The notes: generated by a model not told the origin, from the letters alone. Shown: positions 13,138 to 25,320, counted from the stretch's first letter. The stretch is DNA of 64,000 nucleotides from Chiloscyllium plagiosum (GCF_004010195.1 NC_057713.1:133356561-133420560); one strand, 5' to 3'. Translations and numbers: made by a program.

Positions 13138-13370
13138 ATCCGAGGAGCAGGAAAATCGATGTTTCGGGCAAAAGCTTTTCATCAGGAATACAGGCAGACT
13201 GCCTGCAGAATGGAGAGATAGATCAGGCACCCTGCCTCTGTTCCTGATGAAGGGCTTTTGCCCGAAATGTCGATTCTCCTGCACCTTGGATGCTGCCTGA
13301 ATTGCTATGCTCTTCCAGCACCGCTCTAATCTAGACTCTGGTTTCCAGCATCTGCAGTCATTGTTTTTAC
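13138..13370. mobile_element. Penelope family A inverted pLTR pair with 12-bp TSD
   Basis: Antisense and sense arms around a spacer of about 50 bp. CCAAAAGGTAAA at 13126-13137 and 13371-13382. Confidence 0.88.
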
Positions 13371-14329
13371 CCAAAAGGTAAACTCACCGGTCTAGGGAAG
13401 ATTTGCTCAGTTGAGACACTAATTGAGTTTAAAATTGATGAACTAGAGTGGTGAGATAGACTAGGTGGACTTCACTTTGGCAGGCCACCTGGATAAGACC
13501 CATTGGAGGATTCTGAGGGAAGTTCTGGATCACTGATAGTAATCCACTTGCTTCTCGTTTGGTAGAGGGACAGCACCAGATGGCTGGACAATTACAGAAC
13601 TTGAGTATTGCTGAAAAGAAAAGACACATTTTGTTGAATCCTTTGAGCTTGTACTTATCAGGACAATTCACAAGAAATACCAAACTCAAGGGAAAACAAC
13701 ATGAACACTGTATGAGAGCCGAATGGGTTGGCTCTTGGACTCTGATTGATCCAGGCATTGAGAGGGTGATTGCTCCAGTTAGACAATGACTGAAATTTAA
13801 CAGTCAAAGCTCGTTTAGATTTTAAATATGACAGATTGACTCTGATCAGTTAAAACATTGCCCTGCTAATGAACCAGACGAAGGCTGGCATTAACTTTGC
13901 TAAGTTTAAACAGGTGCAGTATGTATGTTATTGCTGTGTTCAAAGAACAGGGTCTTGTGCATTAATATATGTAGCTCTGAGCTCATACACTCTGAGAATC
14001 ACACCAAATGCTCGACTGACAATCCTAACCAGATGGTCTGATTTCCTAATCAGCATCACAGTACAGCAAATTCAGGGAGGAGAAACTTCAGTTGTCTAGC
14101 TTAGAGAAGTTGAGGTGGTTGTCCTTAGAGGAAACAGTTTAAGGGAGTTGTTTCAAAGCGCAAGGGATCAGGACAGGATACATAGGGAGAAACTGCATTG
14201 GCAGAGAAAGGAAGGAATGAAAGAAAAGAGAAAGAGAAGGGAAGAAATGAAAATAAAGCATGAGAAAGAGACACAGAAAGACAAAGGGATAACATGGGCT
14301 GCTTTCAGCATAATATTGACCATCCCTTT

Positions 14330-15295
14330 ATAGAGTCATTGAGTCATACAATATGGTACCAGACCCTTCTGCCCAACCAGTCCATGCAAACCAAGTTTCC
14401 CAAACTAAGCTAGTCCCATTTGCCTGCATTTGGCCCAAATCCCTCCAAACTTTCCTTATTCATGTAACTATCCAAATGTCTTTTCGGTGTTTTAGCTGTC
14501 CCTGTATCTAACACTTCCTCTGGCAGGCCGTTCCACATACAATCCACCCTCTGGATGATAAAAGTGCCCTTCAGGTCTCTTTTAAATCTTTCTTCTCTCA
14601 CCTCAAACCTGTGCCCTCTAGTTTTCAACTCTCCCACTCAAGGGAAATGACCTTTGCTATTCACCTTACCTATTTGTCTCATGATTTTATAAACTTCCAT
14701 AAAGTCATTCCTCAACCTCCTACACTCCAAGAAAAAGGTCCCAGCCTATCCAGCCTCTGTATTAGCTCAGACCCTCCAGTCCTGGCAACATCCTGGTGAA
14801 TCTTTTCTGAAACCTCTCCAACTTAATAATATCCTTCCTGTAGCAGGGCAATCAGAACTGTACTCAGTACTCCAAAAGTGGCCTCACCCTCATCCTGTAC
14901 AACCTCAACATGACGTCTCAACTTCCATACTCAATGGTCTGAGCAAAGAAGGCACATATGCTAAACACCTTCTTAACCACTCTATCTACTTGTGACACAA
15001 CTTTCATATCGCTGAACCCCTCAGTCTCCCTGTTCAACAACATTACCCCAGGGCCCTACCATTAACTGTATAAGTCCTGTCCTTGTTTGTTTTACCAAAA
15101 TACAATACCTCGCATTTATCCAAATTAAACTCCATCTGCCACCCCTCAGCCCATTGACCCAATTGATCAAGATCCCTTTGTAATCTTCGATAACCTTCTT
15201 CACTGTCCACTGTACCACCAATTTTGGTGTCATCTGCAAACTTACTAACCATGCCTTCTATATTCTCATCCAAATCATGTCCATAAATGACAAGG
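14330..15295 (-). mobile_element. 5'-truncated CR1 LINE
   Basis: ORFs 15043-15273 (SKFADDTKIGG, WQMEFNLDKCEV) and 14410-14637. Confidence 0.92.
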
Positions 15296-15319
15296 AAAAT
15301 GTGCCTAACTTCCTTTCAC

Positions 15320-15515
15320 TCCCGCTAGCCTCCATCCCCATCTATCCACTCACTCCTATCCCTATCCACAACCTCCCCATCATCAGCATAAATACCACAT
15401 TTACTCAGCAACCATCAGTTCTAACGGTGGACTAGCCTCGAAACATTAACTCTGCTTTCTCTCCACAGATGTTGCCAGACCTGCTGAGTTTCTCCAAAAT
15501 TGTTGGTTTTGTTTG
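15320..15515 (+). mobile_element. Family C 3' end/pLTR-like element (presumed Penelope)
   Basis: ...GAAACATTAACTCTGCTTTCTCTCCACAGATGTTGCCAGACCTGCTGAGTTTCTCC. Confidence 0.7.
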
Positions 15516-15916
15516 TTACGTTTCACAAATGTTTCCTATACTTTAAATGTTCCATTCGGTGCATTCCAAATACGGGCTTGCAAACAAATTGTTCCTTTTC
15601 TGGGGAAACAACTCTGAATCAAGGAGAGTATTTTGTTTTAAGACAATCTAAATGTGTTTTGGTTGTCTTCAATCAAGGACAAACAATGAGGTTTAGAGCA
15701 ATATGGCATGATCCTGGAAATTTCAGAGACAAATGTGGAAAGTCAGGAATGTTTCTCTGTGACCCAGGTATCATTATGATGAATAAAGCATGCTCTTTTG
15801 CATCTCCTTGTTATAAATTGCCTCATCCTAAATTCTGTAATGTTTCTTGACTGGGTTAAGGAGATGCTAATCCATCTTTCTGGTATTGCATAGTCAGGTA
15901 TGTTTAAATTTCTTGA

Positions 15917-16114
15917 CGTGGAGGAGCTGGTGTTGGACTGGGGTGTACAAAGTTAAAAATCACACAACACCAGGTTATAGTCCAACAGGTTTAATTGGAA
16001 GCACTAGCTTTCAGAGTGCTGCTTGTAGGTACCTGATGAAGGAGCAGCATTCCTAAAGCTAGTGCTTCCAGTTAAACCTGTTGGACTATAACCTGGTGTT
16101 GTGTGATGTTTAAC
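15917..16114. mobile_element. Penelope family B inverted pLTR pair
   Basis: Arms of about 75 bp (GTTAAAAATCACACAACACCAGG... / ...CCTGGTGTTGTGTGATGTTTAAC) around CTGATGAAGGAGCAGC. TAAATTTCTTGA / TAAATTCCTTGA flanks. Confidence 0.85.
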
Positions 16115-16639
16115 TAAATTCCTTGAAACAGCAACTTACAGAGTTTCGAGAAGTCTTTAGCAGAGGACAGCTATTTGCTTCCATATCCCCACCACTAGCC
16201 TTTTGGCCATTGGTTTGGTTGCAATATTGAGAACATGATGTTTTTGTGTACATAGATCAGGTGGCTAATACACACCATGAAGGGCTAGGGGTGAACGTTC
16301 AGTGACTGATGCTACATCAGTGCTCCTCTGTCTGATGTTACAGTCACAAATTATATTCTAAAACTTCAGCCTCATTTTGTAAACAGAAAGATGTTTCAGC
16401 TGCTCTACACCAACCTTATATTACTGTGGCCTAACTATTGTGGGAGCTTTAATAAAGGAAATACAGATTGCTTTTCAGAATGATATCATGCATATGCCTG
16501 ACATTTTTGTACAATGCCGTGGTATTGTACCACTACACCTGGGTTACTATATTTACCTCTTCTTCCAGGTGAGTGATTGTTTTAAAATATAGTTTCACAG
16601 TACTCCTGTTATCATTATTTAATTGTGAAGCTTATTAGA

Positions 16640-17525
16640 TCATACAACCATAAGATACAGGAACAGAATTAGGCTGTTTTGCCCTTTCAGTCTGCTTCAC
16701 CATTTGATCATGGCTGATATGTTTCTCAATGCCATTCTCCAGCCTTCTTCCTTGATCCCCTTAAGAATCCTATCTATCTCTGTCTTAAGCACATTCAATG
16801 ACTTGGCCTCCCCAGCCCTCTGTGGCAATGTGTTCCACAGATTCCACACCCTATGGCTGAAGAAATCCCTCCTCATCTCAGTTAGAAAGGGTCGTCTCTA
16901 AAGGCTGTGCCCTCCGGTCCTATTCTCTCCTACTGGTGGAAACATCTTCTCCACATCCACTCTATCCAGGCCCCTCAGTATTCTGTCAGTTTCAATCAGA
17001 TCCCCTGTCATCCATTGAAACTCCATCAATACAGACCCAGAGTCCTCCACCACTCATCCTATAACAGACCCTTTATCCCTGGGATCATTCATGTCAACTT
17101 CCTTTGGACCCTCTCCAATGCCAGCACATTCTTACTTAGAAACAGGGCCCAAAACTGCTCACAATATTCCAAATGTAGTCTGACCAGAGCCTTATACAGC
17201 TTCAGCAGTATATCTCCGCTCTTGTATTCTAGCCCTCTCGAAATGAATGCTGCCATTGTATTTGCCTTCCTAACTGCCAACTGAGCCTGCCTGTTAATCT
17301 TCAGAGAATCCTGAGCTCAGACTCCCAAATCCCTTTGTGCTTCAGATTTCCAAAGCCCTTCCCTATTCAGAAAATGGTCCTTGCCTCTATTCTTCCTACC
17401 AAAGTACGTAACGTCCCACTTTCCCACACTGTATTCCATCTGCCACTCTTTTCCCACTCTCCTGGCCTGTCCAAGTCCTTCTGCAGCCTCCCCACCTCCT
17501 CAACACTACCCGTCCCTCCACCTAT
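16640..17525 (-). mobile_element. 5'-truncated CR1 LINE
   Basis: ORF 17089-17280 KANTMAAFISRGLEYKS...LVRLHLEYCEQFW, plus 3' UTR. Confidence 0.9.
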
Positions 17526-17527
17526 AG

Positions 17528-17756
17528 GTGAAGTGAGGGACTGCAGATGCTGGGGATCAGAGTCAAAATGGATGGTGCTGGAAAAGCACAATTGGTCAGG
17601 CAGCATCTGAGGAGCAGGAGAGTCGACATTTCAAGCATAAACTCTTCGTCAGAAATGTGCACATTCCTGATGAAGGGCTTATGCTCAAAACATCGATTCT
17701 CTTGCCCGTCGGATGCTGCCTGACCGGCTGTGCTTTTCCAGCACCACATGTTTTGA
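17528..17756. mobile_element. Penelope family A inverted pLTR pair
   Basis: Palindrome centred on AATGTGCACATT (about 17654-17665). Degenerate TSD CCCTCCACCTATAG / CCCTGCACCTTTAG. Confidence 0.85.
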
Positions 17757-18246
17757 CCCTGCACCTTTAGATGTTGTATTTAAACTTTAAACTGTAGTTT
17801 TGTACCTCCTTCGAGCATCTGTTATTCTACAAAGATCGTGGGGGTTAAATTTGAAATCCCCCGAAAGTGACGAGCATGCTGAGTGTAGTTCAGGAAGTAT
17901 GCAACTCCAATCCTTGTTCACGGCAAGGATTTCAGTCCTTAACCAGTGCAAGGCGTGTTGTTGCTTGGTTAGATGCTTTAAAGCTGATCAATCATTATCT
18001 TCTCCTAAAGCAAGTTTGGCCTTCTTAAAGTCAGCCTATAGTTCCGAATGGCAACGTGCACCATGACTGGAGCAGGTGCTGGAAGGGATTCTGACCTGGG
18101 AATGATTGAAGAATGGTACAATATGGAGAACGAAGGTTTGGAATAGAGATGCTTTGGATCCACAGGAAACAAATTATTTTGGAAACCCAGTGGCAACTGA
18201 CCAGCAAGAGTCAAATTCTGATGATATGGATATGGTGTCAGAAAGG

Positions 18247-18432
18247 TAGAACATAGAAAATAGAACATAGAAGAATACAGCGCAGTACAGGCCCTTTGGC
18301 CCTCGATGTTGCGCCGATCCAAGCCCACCTAACCTATACTAACCCACTATCCTCCATATACCTATCCAATGCCCGCTTAAATGCCCATAAAGAGGGAGAG
18401 TCCACCACTGCTACTGGCAGGGCATTCCATGA
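18247..18432 (-). mobile_element. CR1 3' tail fragment
   Basis: (AGAACAT)n tail and GCGCAGTACAGGCCCTTTGGCCCTCGATGTTGCGCCG. Matches 45775-45930. Confidence 0.8.
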
Positions 18433-19128
18433 ACGATATGAATGGTAATGACATTACACAACTAGACATATACAATGAATATTTATTTAAATGCCATACC
18501 CTGCCAAATGTAACAATATCTCCAGACTGATTAAACACCACATCTCTAAATCTCAGATCCCAACCATTGTATCACTCTGGGCTCATACCTGACTTTCAAG
18601 AGCACACTCTTAAGCATTTAACACTGTTGCAAACCACACAGTCAGGTCTTACAGTGCACACACACACTATCAGCTATTCAACTATTTTGACCAGATTACA
18701 TGGTACTCTTTGGGGATCTTCACTCTCTCCTTCAGGACACGATGTGCACATCCATAGGCTGCAGGAGATATCCTGAGGGTCATAGGTACAGCTGGATTTC
18801 CTTATTCCCACAGAGGAGATGGTGCTCAGCACCTTGCTGCAGTCATAGCTAATAGCCAACACTGAAATCATTGAAGGTGGCACTGTTATTAAACCTAACT
18901 CTCTTTCTCACACTCCACCCACCACAACCCACGTCCCTACCTTCCCCTTCCTGTATCACCTTCAAGGACAGTGCTGCCAGAAATGGGTTCTCCAAGTTTC
19001 CTCTTCCCGTCCTCCAGCTGCTCCCTCCACACGTCCTGTTCCTCCTCTCCCTCTTCATCCTCTTGAGGCGCTCATTGTTGAGCAGGGCTGTCTTTTAATG
19101 TTAATGCGTTTGCCTAGCATGTCCAGCC

Positions 19129-19261
19129 TCATTCCTGATGAAGGGCATATGCCCGAAACATCGATACTCCTGCTCCTCAGATGCTGCCTGACCGGCTGTG
19201 CTTTTCCAGCAACACACTCTTCGACTCTGATCTCCAGCATCTGCCGTGCTCACTTTCTCCT
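19129..19261 (+). mobile_element. Penelope family A solo pLTR with hammerhead core
   Basis: ATTC-CTGATGA-A-GGGC-ATAT-GCCC-GAAA-CATC. Confidence 0.85.
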
Positions 19262-19555
19262 TGCGTGCAGCAGACTGAGATAAATTCTGACTCCTGCTCT
19301 GCCAAGAATACAACGGGGCTCCCCAAGAGGTCTTGACATGTTGTATCAATGCAGCAATGATCTTCCCTAACACACTTGGCATCAAAGCATGACTTTCATT
19401 ATGTACACACTATGAATTTGTGCATGGTTTGTGTACAAGAGCCATTAAGCTTGTTGTCCAGCAGTCACCCTAAGGCTTGTGAGTGGTTCAAATGTCCCTG
19501 GAACATCAGACAGCTGCAGAATGAAAGCAACATAACAGGTGCCAAGATAGAATTA
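19262..19555 (-). mobile_element. Degenerate PIF/Harbinger (HARBI1-like) transposase remnant
   Basis: Minus strand gives YLGTCYVAFILQLSDVPGTFEP...LR..LLDNK (compare YPGSCHDAFILRQS...GWLLGDK) and WGAPLYS...SVCC (compare GGALQYS...VCC), with frameshifts. Confidence 0.55.
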
Positions 19556-22399
19556 GAATGAGGCTTTACCGTCATGTGTACTTACACGGAGGGATACAGG
19601 AGTACACTGAAACATTTACAATGTCGCCAGTCCTGGCACCATCTTAGATATAGGCACCTAGCTGCAAAATCTTAGGTAAAATGTAGAAAAACAAAGAAAT
19701 AAGTTAAAATAAATTAAAAGTTTGACTTTACAGTCCTTCTCAGTCTAAAGTAGTAATAAAATTTAAAGTTTGAAATTAGAGTCCTTCATTGATCTGTTTC
19801 CATTCACTACCTGTTGTCATACAGCAGTTGGATGTTAATGGTGTGGACTCCCCACCCAGTCTCCAGCTGCCAGAGTGATTGGCAGTTGCAGAGTGAGGTG
19901 AGTACAGTCAATAGCACTTTGCCCCATTGAGATACCTGTACCCCAGCAAAGCTGCCAGCATGCTCATCTCCTTGGTAATGCTGTTATTGAGGAGCCCACG
20001 TCAATGACTGCCCTGTACAACAGTGGGAGACAGACACTGAGATGTTAGAAATATCCTGGAGACAATCAAATGCATAAAGCATTCATTGCAGCAGTCACCC
20101 TCACAACCAGAAGCAATTGAGTCTTTACCCTGCTCGGAGGCTGCAGTTGAAGTTGGGGAAAGTGGAGCTCACAGTGGTCCTTCTTACTGAAAGTTCAGAT
20201 ATCTCCTACCCTGATCCTCATTGGGTTTTCAGTTAGAGACATTCTCCTGAACAGGCTGGGGAGTATATTGTCTCCTTCCCACTGCCCTCTAGAAGCTTGT
20301 TCAGTTCTGGCTGCTTATTACTCGTTCTCCAAGTCCCAGTGTATTTCAATGGAAAAGCTCAGCGTGTGCCCATGTAAAGAAGTTTGTGCAGATGCTTTGA
20401 GTTTATTCAGCACCAGCTACAACACCCCTGGTGGACTTTAGCAAGCCTTGAACAAAGATTTTAAAACTCACCAACAGTTGAAGAAGTAGTCAAACAAAAT
20501 CAAACAGTAACCAACTTGGAAGTAGTTGGTGTTCCCCTTAGACACCTGCTTGGAAGGTGCATGTGTGAAGATGATGGGCTGATGGCCTCTTAACATTGGA
20601 AATAGGAACAGAAGTAGCCATTCGGCCCCTCGAGTCTTCTCTCCCATTCAATAGGATTATGGCTGATCCAGCATTCCTCACGTCTACCATCCTGTCCTTT
20701 CCCCATAACGAGGGCATTAGCTAGAACATTGAGCTGTGAACTGGCACTGTTGGCGTGGAATGTCCAGGCTGTGTGCTGTTTGATGTCATTGATTTGTGTG
20801 TCCATTTAAGGTTGTGCACTCTAACATGCCCACCAACATGGCGGGCAGTATGACTCACTGTAAAAATGTGTGTGGACACCATTTCCGAACTCTGAGAGCT
20901 TTGTTGCCCTGAACTTTGATCTAAATTGCTATCGGTTAGAAGAACAAATTTTCCTTATCTTACAGTTCGATAAGAATTTACTCGAAACAGGGAGATAGCA
21001 CAATCACCAAACAAACTGATAGCTTAGTTCATGCCAGAGACTGGCATCTGGTTTGAAGAGAGTTTGTGAAATTCTGTGACAGAATAAAATGCCGCAGAAG
21101 ACATTTTCAACTTTCAGTTCTGGATGTTTTTAAAGTAGACCATAGAAATGTTTAAATTGCTGCCTCTTTTTTCAACAATCTGTGAGACAGTCTTGTGAGC
21201 TGTTTAAAGCAACGTGTACATGACATTGGACAGAGATCCATCAAAGTTAGAGATGTCAGTGTTGGCAACAATGAAATTCCATAAATGTAAGAATGCGGGG
21301 GATTGGTTGTTGTTCAGGTTGCCTGCAGAGCTGCTCCGTTTCTTAGCGGCTGCACTTGTTTTGTGAAAAGACCTGATGGATTTTCATGGAGCCATGAACA
21401 GAACAGTGAGCACAGGCTCATTTGTGTCATTCTGTTTGCGGCAATGAAGCCTGACGTGTGGTCAAATGTTTACAGATAGCCAGCCGTCTGTTGCCCTACA
21501 AAGCAGTTCCCTGCCCCAGGACATGAAGTCCTGAACATACACGGACACAGAGCAGTGTACAGACAGACCCTCCACTGCGGTCCCCATTGCAGCTGTGCAT
21601 ACAGGGGACAAACTGGAGGAATTTGTTTCCATTCTGTAGTTGCTCATGAAGCATTAGTACACGGCCACGCTTGTTGCTATGTTTTATAATAACATGGTTC
21701 CACATACTGGCATTAAATCTAATAATCCTGATGATGATATTGACAATGAAGGATGTACTGCACCAATGTTTATTTCAGACGACAAGATGTTAGTTGAGAA
21801 AATTACAAAATGCAAGTCTGTGCCGGAGTTTCATGGTTAAAATATTCCAAACGTGAGTTTCAAATCTGACATAGTTGGGCTATTTCAGATTAATTCAAAG
21901 ATTGGGTGACTTAACGCAGAATATTTTAATGTTTTGGACCAACTGGAAGAGCTGAGAGCTCAGTGAGGAAGTCCACACAGGGGATCGGATGTTCCTGCGT
22001 AGAAGTCAGTGATAACCAGCAGATGGTGAAGGAGAGATAGCAGGAGGTGAGCGAGCTGAGGCTATTCTGACTTGTGGGAGAGCTGCACTTGGAGGCTGCA
22101 GAGGAGAAGGGTGGAGGCCTCAGGTGGAGGGGATGAGGGATCACAATCCTTAGGGAAGTAGAGGCTGGATGCTGGGTGGGGAGCAGCCTCAGGGCAGGAG
22201 GGAGTCTGAGCGGAGGCAGGCAGGGGGTGATCTGAAGGCCTTGGGGTTGGGGGGGAGGAGGAGGTGGTGAACCTGATTGGGGAGGGGTAGCAAGTTTTGC
22301 CTCACCATGCTGGATGGAGGGATTTTTTTCCCTCTTAGTCAGGCCTTCTGGATTGAGGGAATCTCGCTCCCACTCGGGTTTGCTGGAATCTGAAAAGGT

Positions 22400-22740
22400 G
22401 GATTGACCCTTCGATGAAGGGGAACAGCTGCTTACTATCCCCCTGTCCATGTCCCTCATAACCTTACATACCTCAATGAGATCCCTCCTCAACCAAAGAA
22501 AACAATGCAAGCTTATCCAGCCTGTCTTCATCGTTGAGATTATCCATCCCAGAGCAGCATCCTGGTGAATCTCCACTGTCTCCCATCCAGTGCAGTCACA
22601 TCCTTCCTATAATGCGGTGACCAGAGCTACACACAGTATTCCAGCTGTGGCCTCACCATATTCCAGCTTCAACATAACCTCTCTGCTCTCATAATCTATG
22701 CCATTTCTGACAGAGACATGTGTCCTGTATGTTGCTTTAA
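22400..22740 (-). mobile_element. CR1 fragment
   Basis: NGIDYESREVMLKL... and WLRRDLIEVCKVMRDMDR. Confidence 0.8.
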
Positions 22741-22749
22741 CTACCGTCT

Positions 22750-22965
22750 TATGGAATAGCATATAGTCGCGCAGATCACTGCTGCCCACAACCAATGAAC
22801 TTAGTCTCGGCTTTGAGATCTTGGTCCTCAAATATCCTTTGACCCAATTGGCCAAAGGCTGAGCTGGGAGTGTGAAGGATCTGTTTTGTGATTTATGTCT
22901 ACCTTTGTCAAAGAAAGGCTCCCAAAGTATGGAAAATGATCCACATTTTCCAATTTCCGGCTATT
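22750..22965 (-). mobile_element. RTE-clade LINE RT remnant
   Basis: KLENVDHFPYFGSLSLTKVDI followed by FGQLGQRIFEDQDLKAETK, typical of RTE ORF downstream of the RT core. Confidence 0.65.
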
Positions 22966-23225
22966 TCTCACAATCAGTGGAGTTTTGGGGTGTGGGTGGG
23001 GGTCGGTGGGAAGACATGGTGGGGGAGGATTGCAAGCAAGCCATTGGAAAAGGCTTTGAAGTGGATCAGTTTGGCAGGCAGAACAAACAATGTTTTCTGA
23101 AACAAGGGTCAATGCTCAGGTGACACAATCTGTTTAAAGCCTCACTATCGCATTTGGGATGAGAGTTGGGGGTAGCACAAGTGAATCAGGAATGGCTCAG
23201 GGACAACACCTCAGCTTGTGGATTC

Positions 23226-24551
23226 AGGGAGCACTATAGTGTTGGACAGTACAACAGTGTTGGAGATTACTACAGTGTTGGAGAGCTCTACAGTGTTGAA
23301 AAGTACTACAGTGTTGGAGAGTACTACAGTGTTGGAGAGTACTACAGTGATGGAGAGTACTACAGTGATGGAGAGTACTACAGTGTTGGAGACTACTACA
23401 GTGTTGGAGAGCTCTACAGTGTTGAAAAGTACTACAGTGTCGGACAGTACTACAGTGTTGGAGAGTACTACAGTGTTGGAGAGTACTACAGTGTTGGAGA
23501 CTACTACAGTGTTGAAGAGCTCTACAGTGTTGAAAAGTACTACAGTGTTGGAGAGTACTACAGTGGTGGGGAGTACTACAGTCTTGGGAGTACTACATTG
23601 TTGGAGAGTACTACAGTGTTGGAGAGTACTATAGTGTTGGAGAGTACCACAGAGTTAGAGAGTACTATACTGTTGGAGAGTACTATAGTGTTGGAGAGTA
23701 CCACAGAGTTAGAGAGTACTATACTGTTGGAGAGTACTACAGTGTTGGAGAGTACCATAGTGTTGGGGAGCACTACAGTGTTGGAGACCACTACAGTGGA
23801 GGAGAGAACTACAGTGTCGGACAGTACTAGTGTTGGAGAATACTACAGTGTTGGAGAGTACTACTATGTGGGAGAGCACTACAGTGTTGGAGAGAACTAC
23901 AGTGTTGGGGAGCACTACAGTGTTGGGGTGTATTACAGTGTTGGGGAACACTACAGTGTTGGGGAGTATTACCATGTTGGAGAGCACTACAGTGTTGGGG
24001 AGCACTACAGTGTTGGAGAGCACTACAGTGTTGGAGAGCACGACAGTGTTGGAGAGTACTACAGTGTTGGAGAGTACTACAGTGTTTGGGAGCACTTCAG
24101 TGTTGGAGAGTACCACAGTGTTGGGGAGCACTACAGTATTGGGGAGTACTACAGTGTTGGGGAGGACTGCAGTGTTGGTGAGTACTACAGTGTTGGAGAG
24201 TACTACAGTGATGGGGAGCACTACTATGTTGGAGAGTACTGCTGTGTTGGGGAGCACTACAGTATTGGGGAGTACTACAGTGTTGGGGAGTACTGCAGTG
24301 ATGGGGAGCACTACTATGTTGGAGAGTACTGCAGTGTTGGAGAGTACTACAATGATGGGGAGCACTACAGTGTTGGAGAGTACTACAGTGTTGGGGAGCA
24401 CTACAGTATTGGGGAGTACTACAGTATTGGGGAGTACTACAGTGTTGGGGAATACTAAAGTGATGGGGAGCACTACAGTGTTGGGGAGTACTGCAGTGTT
24501 GGAGAATACTACAGTGTTGGAGAGTACTACAGTGATGGGGAGCACTACAGT
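23226..24551. repeat. 18-bp minisatellite, about 73 units, consensus GTTGGAGAGTACTACAGT
   Basis: Direct tandem periodicity. Reads (GEYYSV)n, (LESTTV)n and (WRVLQC)n. Variant units form higher-order blocks. Confidence 0.97.
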
Positions 24552-24584
24552 TTTCCAGTTTACACTGTTCTAAATAGATTTTAA

Positions 24585-24715
24585 ATCTGTCTGGATGTGA
24601 AATAAACCACATTTCACCTCCTCTCTTAGATAAAGAGTGTTCATTCTTATGTCCTGGATAACATTTATCACTCAACTAATATTGTTAAAAGAAATTATTT
24701 GATCTTGGCATTGCT
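24585..24715 (+). mobile_element. DeuSINE-like remnant downstream of the minisatellite
   Basis: CTGGATGTGAAATAAACC...TGTCCTGGATAACATTTATCACTCAAC resembles the recalled Deu domain. Confidence 0.45.
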
Positions 24716-24717
24716 CT

Positions 24718-25058
24718 GGGATCTCAGTGGAAGGAGGTTCCCAATATACGGGGGAGTCCAGAACCAGGGAGTCCTAGATTAAGGATACCGGGTTGACCAT
24801 TCAGGACAGAGATGAGGGATAATGTCTTCACCCAGAGTGCTGAGTCTGTGGAATTCTGTTCTACAGGAAGCGTTGAGAACAAAACATTGAATGTTTTCAA
24901 GGAGAAAGATGTAGCTCTGTAGTTTAAAAGGATCAGAGAGTATGGGGTGAAAGCAGGAACAGGGGACTGAGTTGGATGATCAGCCTTCTTCATGTTGAAT
25001 GGCAGAGATGGCTCAAAGGGCCGAATGGCTTCCTCCTGGTCCTATTGAACGTGTCTAT
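24718..25058 (+). mobile_element. CR1 3' fragment
   Basis: GESRTRES..RIPG.PFRTEMRDNVFTQ plus CR1 3' UTR. Confidence 0.8.
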
Positions 25059-25119
25059 GTCCCTGTCTGCTGCCAAACATGTAACATTACTATATCTACA
25101 CCTTAAAAGTAAAGTTGAA

Positions 25120-25320
25120 ACAAAAAGTAGAAATTGTTGGAGGTCTGGCAGCATCTGTGGGAAGAGACGCAGAGCTAATGTTTTTCGTTCAGTGACCCTT
25201 CCTCGCTGGATTTGCAACATTAACTCTGTTCCATCGCTCCACAGATGCTGCCAGACCCACTGAGTTTCTCTAGCAATTTCTGTCTCTGATCAGATTTCCA
25301 CCATTGGCAGTTCTTTGTTT
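25120..25320. mobile_element. Family C inverted pair (presumed Penelope pLTR)
   Basis: GGTCTGGCAGCATCTGTGG ... CCACAGATGCTGCCAGACC inverted arms. Confidence 0.75.

Noticed and set aside
13388-13610. Minus-strand exon with strong acceptor and donor
   Set aside because: Stops in all three frames. At most a non-coding exon, with no further support.
21926-22576. 216-aa Pro-rich ORF
   Set aside because: The N-terminal part is CR1-derived and the rest is low-complexity C-rich sequence.
23226-24551. CRISPR-like array or a real 430-aa GEYYSV-repeat protein
   Set aside because: Units are contiguous with no unique spacers and no cas genes are present. All frames are open because the unit lacks stops, the ORF starts at TTG, and it shifts register through 17-bp units.
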